A DNA stretch of 64,000 nt from Penicillus capitatus (lineage: Eukaryota > Plantae > Chlorophyta): NCBI GenBank assembly GCA_965649825.1, contig OZ287699.1, forward strand, positions 682,001-746,000, given 5' to 3'. The translations under genes and the position numbers were made by a program. Below are positions 51,025-64,000 of this stretch, piece after piece; within the stretch, counting starts at the first letter, position 1, and every line of letters starts with the position of its first letter. A model generated the notes under the pieces. The model saw only the letters and a program-made list of their open reading frames with translations. It was not told the origin of the DNA and did no database searches.

Positions 51025-54000
51025 ATGAAGACTCGCGCTATCTACAGCGCATTTGCGCTTCTCGTGTTATGGTTGGAGTTGACCTCGTCATCCGTCGTCG
51101 GAGACAACACGCAAGGTGGCACAGCGAATTTTGGTCAGGACTCTTCTGATAACACGCGTAAATTCAGAAACGGATAGACGGCAGCTGTTGCAAAATCGGA
51201 AGGGAAGAGAGATTATTGTGTCGGAAAAGAATGCTGACTTGAACAAGGTTATTGGTCAAGCAACCGCCAGAGACACGCTACTGCTCGAAACCGAGAAAGT
51301 GATGGTGAATGAGCTGTTGACGATCGAGGTGGATGAGCTTCACATCAAAGGAGCTTCGACAAAAGACCCAGTAATTATTCAGTGCACAGGACCCGATTCC
51401 AGAATCGACATCACGTAAATCGCACAGATTATCATGGCAATAAAAGAAAGGCTGTGTCTGCTGTCTTCAGTTCGAATAAAGTCGTTTTTGAGAACTTGGT
51501 GATTCGGGGGTGCCATGGCCCGGCTGTCCGCTTGACCAACAATGCTGCAGTTGTTAACAATCCCTTCGCTGTGACACCGGTGAACACCAAAAAGACAAAA
51601 ACCTTGAGTATCACTTTCCGAAATGTCCGGTTCATCAAGAACAAACCTCCTAAGGACAGCCTCAACTATTACGGGGCCGTGGAAGGTGGGGCGATTCACA
51701 TTACCGACTCCATGGAAGCATTCGTTGAGCATTGTATATTCGAAGACAATAAAGCATTTCTGGGAGGCGCCATCCGCGTCGATGGCGGATCTTTGTCGGT
51801 GAACCACAGCCGGTTTGTTGGCAACGTAGCAGAGAGTTCGGGCGGTGCGATATCTGGTAGCTGCACATCGGCAAAGAAGAAGTCAAAGACCACATTCATT
51901 GTCGAGAATTCGGTCTTCTATCGCAACCATGATTTAGAGGGCGGGGAGGATACAACTGGTTTGACGCTTCCGTATGGATCTCCCCTCGAAACATCAGAAT
52001 TCTTGTCCTTTCCATCGCCTCAGCTGTCTGGAGGGGCCATTCATGTTCAAGGATTTAAGGAGGTAGTGATTGCTGGCAGCTTATTCGATGGAAATACAGC
52101 AAATCCTGCAGCGGGTGCAATATTTATCTCGGACAATGGTTTCGTGGATTTGTCCAATAACACCCTGCGCAATAATGTTGCACGCCTTCGCGAAGGAATG
52201 TCCAAGAACGTTGACTTGGAACAAGGGGGCGCTATCTATGTCGCTTTCACGAATCCAGAAAGTCGTCTTCGGCTGTACAAATGCATCTTCGAGAACAATA
52301 CGGCCACCTATGGTGGTGCTTTGCACATGGTGACGACTCTTGTGACCAATGCCAACATCGAAGCGTGCGAATTCTCTGACAACTTTGCCACGATTGGAGG
52401 AGGAGGAATGGTTCTGCGTAACACGATTGAGGTCTGTTTTCTACAGAATTCGTTTAGGACTCCCCGTCGATGATGCTATGAGATGTAGGTGGAGTTTACA
52501 GATACCAAATTCTATCGCAATCGGGCGATGGCTGGCGGCGCGCTTTTGTTGACAAATGGAGCTGGTGCACGATTTACTCAAGGACTCGATGTCTCTCGCG
52601 ATACACTCTTCGAAGAAAACATGGCGCTCGATGGCGGCGCATGCTTCTTCCTGGGAGCCGGTTCGTGTTCTTTTCTGGACAACGGGTGGCACATGTCGTT
52701 TTTGTAGGACAAGTGCACACACAGAAAATCTCCTTCATTCGTAACAAGGCAGAGCGCAATGGAGGTGGCATGTGCCTGGTGGAATCATTGGCCAGTGGCA
52801 GCGTGACCCTTCAACAAAGCTATTTTGCAGAGAACGTAGCACGAAGAGGAGGCGGACTCTTCATGGACAGCATCGCCTCTTTGATTCTGCGTGGTCCGAT
52901 ACCAAACTACGTTGTCTTTCATAAGTACTCCCCATAGTTCAATGGCCTCGGGATTCAGTTACGCGGTTTACAGAAATACGGCGATGGCTGGAGGTGCTGT
53001 GTATCTGAGGCCATCCAGCCAAGTGAAGAACATTATTCAGGCTTCCAACATCAATTGTACAGACAATGTGGCTGTCAAAAGACTCGAAGACATCTACCAA
53101 GAAGCTGTGCCCTACAGATATAACAGTGGTATGCAGATGAACTCTCCTCGCCAAGGTCCTGCCTGTATCACTCATCGCCGATAGCATTCTGTGATCGTTA
53201 TTGACAGGGAGGCGTTTATTCCAAGATGCCTTCCAAGACAGAGCAGATAGCGGAGAAGTGCTCCTGCAGCCATCCGGCGAAGATCCATGTAGTCCAGGAG
53301 GAGGAGGCGCCATTTGCTTAGTGCTATCAGAGGTTCCTGAACGTGCTTCCGTGAAAGTCGAGATCTTCAAATCCTCTCTCTCGAGGAACACCGCCTCTAC
53401 TGGAGGTCCTCTACTAGACGGAGTGCTCGGGAGATATATGTGGATGTGCAAGCAGGTAGCATGTTCATTGCGACGAAGAAGCAATCGATATGGACGGAGG
53501 AATGCGATGTCGGATCCTCGACCTCAGAATCGTTATCCGATCGTCCTTGTCGTCAACTGAGTATCCGCGATGTCCTGATGCATAACAACAGCGCAACAAA
53601 TGCCGGCGGCGCCATGTTTGCTTCAGATGCCGAACAGGTCCACTACTCGAAAGAGGTGCGAGCTGCAAACGAACTTCTCTCGAAGCTGTTTGATTTCTTC
53701 TTGTGTTTTCTCCAGCCGGATGTTTCTGCTAACGATTACCGCTATCAGAAGCTTTCAGAGGTGAGGATGGACGAGAGGAATGACGGGAATGAAGTTGGCA
53801 GGGGTGGATACGGCAATCAGTTTGCGTCGAACGCTGTGCGACTCGCCATTGTGTCTCCAGAAATCATACCCTCTGCAGATGGCCGAAATCTCCTGGTCCA
53901 GAATCACTCCAGCGGCACTCCTTTGCCGCCGATAAAATTCAGAGTCGTCGATGCGTTTGAGAATACAATCAGTGGTGGTATTGCCGATTCCAGTACGCAT

Positions 54001-56409
54001 CCTCTATCTCTCATAACTTGTTTCACTGTCTGTCTGTTCTGCAGACATGAAAGTGACGGTCAGTTCACAACAGGGAATCGTTTCGGGTCAGTTGGTGGCG
54101 ACAGCCGTGGCTGGAATCATCGAATTCGATTCTCTTGTTGTAACAGCGCATCCTGGAGTCTATCAGCTTACTTTCAATGCTGAAGATGACGTTGTCGCTG
54201 CCTTTTTGGTATCGTTGAGTATTCGAAGATGTAACATTGGAGAACACAATATCACGGAGGGAAAAATTTGCTCAGTTTGTCAGCCTGGGTTCTACGGATT
54301 TGATCCAGCAATCCCTTGCCAGGCGTGCAAGAGCACAGCAAACTGCTCAGGAGGGGCATCACAGGTTCCGAAGAACGGCTACTGGCATTCGACGCCCTTT
54401 TCCCCCTTGTTCCACGAGTGCCTCGTGCGCAGAGCTTGCGCCTATGCTAATCGGGAAGAGAATCTGTCTGCATTTTTGGATGAAGGAATTGTTCCCGGTA
54501 CCACGGTCTTTACGAATGAAAGATACCCACAATGCAATGAAGTAAGCTTTTACTTTCGCTCTCAGTACTATCCACAATCTGCGTTCGACTTCCTAGGGGT
54601 ACAGAAATGTTCTTTGCGGTTCGTGCGATGCAAACTACGGAAGCAAGCCAGGTGGCGAATGCATTGAATGCCGTGGTCAATTAACCACTTACGGCATCGT
54701 TTCGATCATTGCTCTGTGGCAACTGGTTCTCTTGGGATTCACGATCCGCAGTGCTTTGAATTCTATCCGAGACATGCGGGATATGCGTGCGATTGTGGCT
54801 CAGAATAACGGAGGTTCCGTCGAGACACTGCCAACGACTTATCAGTTGAGACTTGTCTCTACGCCAAGCGCATCTTCCCTCAATGGTTCCTCTCGGAAGC
54901 TCTCGGTCAATACCAATGCAGTTGATGGACCGAAGTCCTTCACAAGCGCCAAGAGCGAGGCATCTATGAGCATCGGTGGCACACCATCTGCAAGGAACTT
55001 GACACCCATCGACCACATTGTCGCAGCAGAAACTGTTTCGGAGACCATCAAAGTGCACAAGCAATATACTCTCTCCTTAACTGTCTGTCTGTGTTTATTG
55101 CAGATCGCTGTCAACTTCCTGCAGGTGACATCGGTGGCCGTCAGTATCAATGTCGAATGGACAGAAACCGTAAAAAGAATGCTCGAAACAGAAAGTACGT
55201 GTTCTGAAGTCCGCTGTGTGAACAGTGTCCGACAGAGGTTGTTTGTTTAAAGATTCGGTTGCTGGATTCTCTAATGGCTCTGCGTTTGCTCCGCTGACAT
55301 GTCTCCTCGAAGAGTCTGCCAATCGATCTGTTCACGGCATGATCTTGCGTGTGGCGTTTCCAGTCATCCTCCTGATCTTCGTCATCTTTCTCTTCTTCCT
55401 CAACTGGCTTCGCATTCGTGTGACGGAAAAGAAAGGGCTTGAGTACATATATTCACGTTCCGTTATCTGTATCCTTGTTGCACTGTTCTTCTCCTATGAC
55501 TCTTTGAATCGTGAACTTATGAGAATCGTCAACTGCGTGCAGTTGGATCCAGAGGATGACATCCATGATGAAACGGGGTACAGTCGCTATTCTGTTGCAA
55601 AAGGACAGTTTTGGGGAGAAGACACCTCGTTCAAATGCTATGAGGGCACGCATTTCCGCCTATTAGCTATCATGGGTATTCCTGGATTAACCCTCTTTTC
55701 TTTTGGAATTCCTGCTTTTATTCTCGTTTTCTTGCTCTGTAACCGTGAAAAGAAGCGTATTTATGAGCAAAGATTTCTCAATACTTACGGTTTCGTGTAT
55801 CAGAACTACACAGAGCGTTTTGTTTACTGGGAAGTGAGCATTATGTTGAGAAAAGCCTGTATTGGGGGGATTGTTGTATTTGCCTATCCTTTAGGGGCCA
55901 ATCTCCAGGGGATCATGGCTCTAGGCGTTCTCATCGTAGCGCTCGTCCTTCATCTCGTGGCCACACCCTTCAAGTACAGAATCCTTAATGTGTTGGAGTC
56001 CTTTTCACTACTCGTATCTATATTCACGTTTTATTCCGGTATCGTTTTCAATGACAAGAACACCTCCGAAGCAGCCAAAATTTTGCTCAGTTCCTCGCTG
56101 GTTCTAATAAACACATCTCTCTTTGCGATGTTCATGGTGAGAGTCTTGATGGATGTCGATAAGTTTATCACTGCTAAACTCGTTCTTTTCGGCGAGACGG
56201 AGCTTCCCCGAGGATTCTGTGGGCGCAGCATGAAGTTGGCATCTGTGCTGTTGGGCAAGGCAAAAGAGCAAGTACAGATGACTCTCCAGACTCAAGCTCA
56301 TCGCTTTGCCCGCACGATCACACGTACAGAAAGAACAACACCTTCCGCCACTCTCTCAGGAATTCAAGAAGGCGATGTCGAACTCGCCTCCTCTACAGCA
56401 GATTCATGA
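51025..56409 (+). CDS. Giant receptor-like protein A: parallel beta-helix (PMP-like GGA[IV] repeats), Ig-like, Cys-rich and multi-TM C-terminus
   Basis: Signal peptide MKTRAIYSAFALLVLWLELT; many F..N.A..GGA(I/L/M) repeats; C..C.PGFY, CKSTANCSGG, VPKNGYWHS, C..GY....CGSC; ~7 hydrophobic helices with YGFVYQNY..RFVYWEVSIMLRK. Twelve short GT-AG introns. Confidence 0.85.
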
Positions 56410-56984
56410 AGATGCCTTTTCCATGACGACTCCTATCACTCATGGATCACTTCACTGTTTACACTAATAATGTGAATCCTGGGTGTTGTCTTCGTCCCAT
56501 CATTTTACCTGAAGATGTCTTTTACTTGTTGTTTCCGAAAGATAATTGCCAATGAAGGGTCCTGACTTCCCTGCTGAATGTAAGGGTGCGTGTGTTCGGA
56601 GGGCGGAGGGCAATGATTAATAATGGTGTTCACCGATGACTGGAAGTATGAGCTAGCTTATCAAGCAGACACCTGTGGCATGTGACCTTGTCTCCGTCCA
56701 TTGTGCTATAAACAGTGTAAAAACAGCACCTTAAATTCGGATAGCGGTATCGGATGTGCAAGACGAAAAACCCCGATCGTGGATTGGTATCAATCACAAG
56801 GCACAGCATCTCCGGTTAAACAACGGCGACCTCGTGTTCAGTACTAACTTTAAAACGCACCGTTGTATAGAACGTCAGGGTTGTTTTCTTGTTAAACCAC
56901 ACACGTGTTTCCGTGTCACATTTGAACGTACTTCACCAGCCCCCTTGCCCCTCAAAACGGTCTTTAAGCAACGTGCCGGCAAAG

Positions 56985-59900
56985 ATGTCGAAGACAGTGA
57001 GTCTGAAACATATCGTCGTGGTGTTAGCCTTATTCTTGACGAAGCATGATGCCTTGAACGAAGAAACTGGTGAGGCTTTTATCCTTCTCTCAGAGGACAT
57101 TGTAAATGTTCGTCGTTTGTCTGTCGAGCAGGAAGAACAACGCGACAGTTGCAACAGCGTGGTGGAGAAGTCATCATCACAAGACAAAACGTAAGCCAGT
57201 TCACCGAACTGGTCGCAGATGCCCGACGAAACACCGTCTTCCTCGTCGCCGAGGACGTGCGCCTGCCGTCCGTCATCGAGGTCGACACTCCTCGTCTGAC
57301 CTTCCGCGGGGACCCCGTCGCTCGACCGAGTTTGACCTGCGCCGACGACGCGGAAGGCTTCTCGATCCAGTGCGTTCGCCCATGCTTTTCGCTTTTGTGA
57401 TGTGACGTCTGGTGATGCAGTGCGGATGGAATCGAAGTGGAGAATTTGATCCTGAGGAACTGCACGAAGACTGCTGTCAGCGTTTTCGACAAGGCAGCTG
57501 TTTGCGACGATCCGTTCGATCCAGAATGTCAACCTCGTCCAACGCAAAGGCTGGACATCACACTGACAAATGTGGACTTCATCGACAACATCGGAACGGT
57601 GGAACGCAGCGCTGGCGGTGGATTTTACGCCGGGGCCGAGGTCCGTGCTCGAATACGCGGCTGCCGTTTCGAGAGAAACACTGGAATCAGTGGCGGGGCT
57701 GTCGCCTTCGGAGGAAGCTCTCTTCGCATCGAGAACTGTTCTTTCATCACGAACGTGGCATCCAACACCGGGGGCGCCATCTTTGCACTCCAGATTAAGG
57801 AAGCTGGGACGGGAAAGCCCGCATCCCAAATCACGATTGCTGAGACAAGATTCGAGGGAAACAGTGTGCTTCGAGGCGGACGTGATCGATCTGGTCTGAC
57901 ACTGACCAGTGGCATTCCTCTGGAGACTAATCCTTACTTGGATTTTCCTCTGCCTTCGCCGTCTGGGGGAGCCGTCTACGTCGCAGATTACGCCGAAGTT
58001 GGCGTTGAAAACTGTACATTCAAATCGAACCATGCAGTTCCGGCGGGAGGGGCCATCTATTTCAGTGACAATCAGAAAATCACTGTTCGGAACTCTGACT
58101 TCGAGGATAACTTCGTCGAACCGCCTCAGAACACCATAGGTGAATTAGACTTGCAATTGGGAGGGGCCCTTTTCGTAACCTTCTCCAAGACAACTTCAAA
58201 TTTGAACATTGAGAAATGTACTTTCAAGAATAACTCTGCTGCCTACGGGGGTGCATTGCATTATGTCGGTCCAACTAGGAGAACATTCAACATGGAATAT
58301 TGTCACTTCATGGACAATAGGGCATTGCTGGGAGGGGGTGCCATCGTTTTCCGCAACGTTCCTGCGCCGGGAATCTGGCACTCAGTATTTACAAATAACA
58401 GTGCTTTCGTAGGCGGTGCCATCTTCGTGACAAATGGTGCTGGATTGTACCTTGCTGAAGGTGTTTCTTCCAAACCTTCGCGGTTCGAAGACAACACTGC
58501 TTTCGATGGGGGTGCTGTTTTTGGTATCGGATCAGGGACAATAAACATTGATCGAATCTTCTTCGTGAGGAATAAAGCACAACGAAATGGAGGCGCTGTT
58601 TGCCTTATTGACGCAAAAGTCAGAAGTCTCCTAAGAATTAGGCTAGCACGAATGTACAACAACTCGGCGGCAGCAGGAGGCGCAATGTATGTAGAAAGTG
58701 TTTCTACTGTTCACATGACGGTGGGAGCAGTGGACCGTGGTGCACAAGCTTTCGGACTTGTAGATCCTCCACGCAATGAGTTCTTCGGGTAAGCACTGAT
58801 TCAAGGGCCGTCATTTTTAAGACTTTTCTGAAATTTCCAGAAACTCTGCCGTCAGTGGAGGTGCCATCTACTACAAGGCTTCAAACTCGATCCTGAACAC
58901 ATTCACGATGGGCTCTGGAAAGCTCTCAGGCAACAGTGCCCATTCCAACCTCTCCTCCGTCTTCCCAAAGCCACTGGACTATCCGAATGCGGCCGATGAA
59001 TCCACTCGACGTTTCTTCGAAGCTGCAGGAAAAGATGAAGACTCTCTTTCTTCGGATGTCGGTCTTCTTGATCCTACAAGCGCAAATCCATGTTCACCAG
59101 GTGGAGGTGGTGCCATTTGCATGGTTCTCAACGGAATCGCAAACAGAGCACCAGCGACGATTAGAATCTTCGACAGCAACTTCACTAGCAATGCTGCAAC
59201 CGTTGGTGGTGCGATGGTGATATCGACAGAAAAAGACGCCGACTGGACGTCCGATTGTCGGTCCAGTAGAGACCATATTTCCCCCTTGCTCACGAACGAT
59301 CCGTGCCGAATCTTAAATCTCCGTACGCTAGTATTCAGAAGCAACAGAGCTCGGGCTGCCGGGGGCGCCTTGCTGGTGTCGAATCTCAAACACGTGTACT
59401 ATTCTGATGTCGCCGAAATCAACGAAGATCTCAACTACCAGACATTGGACAAGGCGAAGAAACGAGTCACCTTTATTAACAACAGGGTCGAAAATGGCGG
59501 CTATGGAGAAGACATCGCAGGAATGGCCGTTCGTTTGGGCATCCGTCATCCGATTGCAGACCCCGCTACAGGGATCCTGATCTCCAACCAGTCCAGTGGC
59601 CAAGCACACTCCCTGCCTCCGATCGAAGTCCAGGTGCTGGACGGGCTGGATCAAGTTGTCACCGGCGGAATAGTCGATGCTTCTCTGGCTGTCGGCGTTG
59701 ACCCCTTGAGTTTGGACAGCAATGGTTCGATTGCTGCTGGACAAGTTGTATCGACGGCCTCAAACGGTGTGGCCGTCTTCGATGCACTGTCCCTCAGTGC
59801 TTTCCCCGGACGGTATGAGATCGACTTTTCCGTTCGCGGAGACAAGGTTGAATCGATCAGCGCGAGTGTGACGTTGAGGGAGTGTCGTCTCGGGGAACGT

Positions 59901-62217
59901 TACAACAGAGAAGGCTTTGTCTGCGAGGCCTGTGCTTTCGAATCGTTCACCTTCTACGTGGACGTCTCTCGCTGCGCAGACTGTCCCGACAAAGCCAGGT
60001 GTGCTGGCAATGCATCGCTGGTCCCCACATCGGGATACTGGCACTCCAGTCCCTTCTCAGTGATCATGCACGAGTGCTTCCACGACGACGCCTGTTCCTA
60101 CGACAGTCGACAAGAGATCTTGGAAACGACGAGGAGTGCCAGGATTCAAGAGTTCTTGGATCGTTTTAACCTGGAAGAGGAACCCGTTTTCACCAACGAA
60201 GAATACGCGCAGTGCTCTATGGGATACGAGGGGCCGTTGTGCGGATCCTGTTCAGATGGTTACGGGAATGCGGATGGCAAGACATGCGTCAAGTGCAGTA
60301 GCAAGAGTGTCACGGCTGCTGTGATCTCTTTGCTGGGGGTCTGGCAGTTGATCTTCCTAGCCATTACGATTCGGAGCGCATTAGTCTCCATTCGCGACAT
60401 GAACCAGATGATGGTGATTGCACAGCAGCAGACTGCAATATCAACTGAGTCTGTAAAATTAAATGCGACACCAACTTCTCCTTCCGCCACAACTGACTCT
60501 CATCAAGACAGCTCAGTAACAGATATCATCAGCAGTCAGCACCGGATGTCTGGCGAACTGGAGAAACGGGGAAGTGGGGAGCAATTTTCACCGCCTGTAT
60601 ACGCAGTGGAATCCCTGACGTTTGCATCCTCGCTTTCTATTCCAACACCAGTATCGCCAAAACAACAGTACTCCGCTGATTACATCATTGCAGCTCAGCA
60701 TGTTTCCGAGACCATCAAGGTTATTCTCTTGCAGTCTCTCTTCCTAACGAAGTAATGCTGCTGCAGATCCTTGTGAATTTCTTCCAAGTGACATCCATTG
60801 CTGTGAATATCAATTTGGAATGGACGGCTTCGGTTAAAAACATGCTGGCTGGGATGAGTACGTCTTCTCATTTGGAGGTAGGTGTGTTTGATTGACTGAC
60901 TTGGTGTATGTAGATTCGGCGGCCGGCTTCTCGAATGGCGCCAAGTTCGTCCCAATGACATGTCTGCTGGATACAGATTCTGACTCCCGATCTATCTACT
61001 GTGTCATTCTTCGAGTCTCTTTTCCTTTGCTTTCAATGATCCTTGCTATGTTCCTTTTTGTGATCCAATGGCTGTTCATGTGTCGTAAATCTAACACAAC
61101 TCTCTTAGATCGTCAACAGTTTCTCAGATCGCGGCTTATCATCTGTTTCCTGGTCGTCGGATTCTTTGCTTACCAATGCATCTCAGAAGACCTCATGGGA
61201 ACAGTCAGCTGCATCCGTCTGGACTCTGATGACATGTCTGACGCAGAAGCCTTCGACGATCCGCAGAGAAACATCAGCTACTCACACTTCTCCATAGCAA
61301 ATGGCTACTACTGGACAGAAGACACAAATATCAAATGCTTCAGTCGTAATCACGCATTTCTGGTTGGATTTCTCGGAATTCCGGGTATTGTGCTTTTTCT
61401 GTTTGGTATTCCGTTTTATCTTCTGATCTTTCTTCTTTACAAGCGACAAAAGAAGCAGCTGACGGAGCTTCATGTGCTCAACACTTACGGCTTCATCTAT
61501 CAGAACTACAAAGACAAATTTGTGTACTGGGAAGTCATCATTCTTTTCCGCAAAGCCATGATTAGTGCGATCATTGTCTTTGCTTATCCTTTGGGGGCTA
61601 ATCTTCAGGGGGTGATGGTATTGGGGGTCCTTAACCTAGCCCTTGCCGTTCATTTGATCGCTACACCTTTCAAGTACCGCCTCCTCAACGTTTTAGAAGG
61701 TTGTTCTTTGGTTGTTTCGATCGTCACTTTTTACGCAGGTGTTGTCTTTAACGATGCCAACACATCTGACAGTGCCAAGATTCTCTTGTCGATAATTCTA
61801 GTGTTCATCAATGCTCTCCTGATGGTTGTTATTTTGCTTTCCGTTTTTATTCATGGAGACAAGTATGTCGTAGCCAAGCTGAAGTCCATGGATGTAGCAG
61901 ACATTCCGGAAAACCCAATCCACAGAATGATATTGTTGGCGTTTATCTTACAAAGACGCGTGAAGAGGATGGTGACATCCACTGTGCATCGGACTTTCCT
62001 TCAAAGAGTGTCCTTGCAAGCACAGAAAAAGCAACAGGCTGCTGGGACAGTGCAAATGGCAACAACAGCTAGCTGCAACATTGGGGTCTCAGTATTTGAT
62101 CCAGACTCAGATGCTGTAATCAGGGCCACGGTTGATCCCAAGACGGATTCGACCAGTGTCAAGCTAGCGATTGACGATGATTCGGAGCCTTCTTCCCTTT
62201 CCCAAGAACATTTTTGA
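56985..62217 (+). CDS. Giant receptor-like protein B, tandem paralogue of A
   Basis: Signal peptide MSKTVSLKHIVVVLALFLT; same domain order; shared PCSPGGGGAIC, ETIK|I.VNFLQVTS, AGFSNG, YGFIYQNY and YPLGANLQG. Five introns. Confidence 0.85.
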
Positions 62218-62820
62218 TGGAGACCAGAAACGTGCTTTTCTTTACAAACCTGCATGGTCGATCAGGCATCCATTTATGGCAACTTTCCTCTTTAAGCTAA
62301 GGTGAAATCAGATCTATGGGGTCACTGAAATGCAAGGGAGTTCTATCAACATGAAGAGTTCATTCCCGTCAACGATTCGTGCGACGGAATGACACTGCTA
62401 ACGGCGAGATTTGATTTTTTTCTTTAAACATTGTTGGGACGAACAACTTTAATTTAGCATTCGTGTAGTCTTGTCATCTGAGATACGAACAAGTGTCCAC
62501 CGATATTTGAGAGATTGAAATGTAGAAAAACAGCGCAGATGTTAAGATGAATGGCACTTAGGCTATCGAATAGGATCCATCATAACCGACCGACATTCTT
62601 GCGCTTTGACCATTGATACCTGCGCAAAGATCTTCTCTTGTGCTTCGATCCCACACATCGCAACTCGAATTCTATTGCAAAGCATTTTTCTTTTTCGTTT
62701 AATTGCTTTTACATTTCTCTTTGTTAAGATCAGGAGAGCGTTCAACACTCGTTGTGGTAATCATTGCAGCACGCACAAGAGCCAGGCGATAGCAAGGATG
62801 AAAAACGCGGAGCGGAGTGA

Positions 62821-64000
62821 TTAGGTGTCTCTACAGAATGCACTGGTAGGACAAAGAAAGGGGTGGATCAGTAAAACTATGTAATCCAGCGTAGTGTACG
62901 AGGTCTTCTGTTCACCGAAAAGTTTCTCGTGTAGTGTCTTCGAGATGTAGACTTTCACATTTCGGCTCAAGCTCCAGTCCGGCAGAGGCTGTTCGGTTGA
63001 TTTGCGTTTCCTGCGGTTCAGTCTGTGCGTGGTCGCGAAGTGTGTCTCTTGGAGCTTGGCGACGGAGAGGTTCCAACGGGAGGCATTCTGGTCGGCGATG
63101 GTAGTAATGCCCGTTTCGGCTTTAATGTTCGTGTGTACATTACCGATGACGATGGGGATCTTGTCTTTCGTAGGGGAGAGAAATGGGTTATCCAATTCAA
63201 AAGTTCCGATGTCGTTCAACTCGAGCTTCCATTTGGCGTTGTTGCAGTTCAGGCTTCAGTTAAGCGCCGTCTTGAATTGTTTGAGCTTTTCGGCACGGAT
63301 CTGCACATAGAATCTGCTGTCATGATCGGCCCGGATGTCTTCGACGCATTCCTTCAGGTTCTGGATTTTCAGCTTGCGTTCCAGACTGACGCCAAAGTGG
63401 CGGAACGACGGGCGTTCTCCCTTCAGGGTTACCGGACAGAACTGGAAGCTGCGCTCATCGCATCGGAGCTGGGCCTTGATCGCTTGTGTTTACTTGCGAA
63501 TCTCGCGGGCCCCGGCGATTCGCTGCTTCTGGCCGAAGTCGTTGTTTTGGGCGTCTCCTGGATGATGGCTTAGCGGGCGGTATCTCGGTGTTGTATTCCT
63601 CTAGGTGTTTGGCGATGGCATGCTCAAATATCGATGCCTGGTTTTCCTTGACTTGGATATAAAGGCGACCACTACGGTTGGTCCTGGTGTCTCCAACGAT
63701 CTAGTGTCTGTTCTGAGCAAGTTCAGTTGTTTAGAGGTCGAAGGCTAGCTGGCGGGATAATCTGTAGGGGCCTTTTAGTTCATTGGCTAATCCGGCAGAA
63801 AGGATGATAGGCAATTTGAAAATACATTTGTGCAAGATGGTAGGGACAACAGTAGAGGTTGGAAGACGGTGCTGCTGGATATAGTTTTGCACAACATCAA
63901 TTCAATTCACTTTCACATAAAGGACCCGCCGAATGAATGGGTGTTTAGCAAGCGAAGAGGATGAGCCTTGGTTAATGCTGACATCCTCCAAAAGTGGAGA
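62821..64000 (-). pseudogene. Decayed ORF with two internal repeats, possibly a retroelement ORF1/gag relic; truncated by the window edge
   Basis: Repeat 1 ..LKG..IVGDTRTNRSGRLYIQV; repeat 2 ..LKG..CVEDIRADHDSRFYVQI. At least 5 in-frame stops, one frameshift and no introns. Confidence 0.35.

Noticed and set aside
56933-58033. Long antisense ORFs (e.g. 366 aa here; also 21735-22316, 36042-36704, 38111-38380)
   Set aside because: They overlap well-supported genes on the opposite strand or frame and are shadow ORFs of GC-balanced coding DNA.
1-64000. Non-standard code (TAA/TAG=Gln) as in some ulvophytes, prompted by the TAA in the GST
   Set aside because: ORFs of 400-800 codons contain no internal TAR, and several conserved genes (hemF, TZF, ankyrin, hydrolase) end on TAA/TAG at plausible positions.

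Overview
Gene-dense eukaryotic nuclear DNA with roughly balanced GC, very short (mostly 43-60 nt) spliceosomal introns and the standard genetic code. The gene set points to a flagellate-stage green alga: plant-type RR-TZF proteins, STE1 sterol desaturase, plastid-targeted proteins and axonemal EFHC1/Rib72. A compact ulvophyte/Bryopsidales-like genome is my inference, not verified. About 22 intact multi-exon genes were reconstructed by hand. Housekeeping genes include STE1, EndoU, CPX/hemF, importin-5, DJ-1, EFHC1, COG8, PRP3 and GID8. Others include two tandem CCCH zinc-finger paralogues, a secreted alpha/beta hydrolase, two Ala-rich secreted proteins and two giant beta-helix/multi-TM receptor-like paralogues. 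The main accessory region is a ~6 kb island (12.7-18.5 kb) of tandem and mosaic repeats, three long hairpins and scrambled, intron-retaining fragments resembling the TFIIIC B-box-binding subunit. It is flanked by a damaged GST gene and a one-repeat-per-exon ankyrin gene. Window-wide signals are highly degenerate 5' splice sites with about five GC-AG introns, dense GATC clusters upstream of start codons, and two convergent genes whose stop codons share one CTAG. All family assignments come from motif recognition, not database searches.
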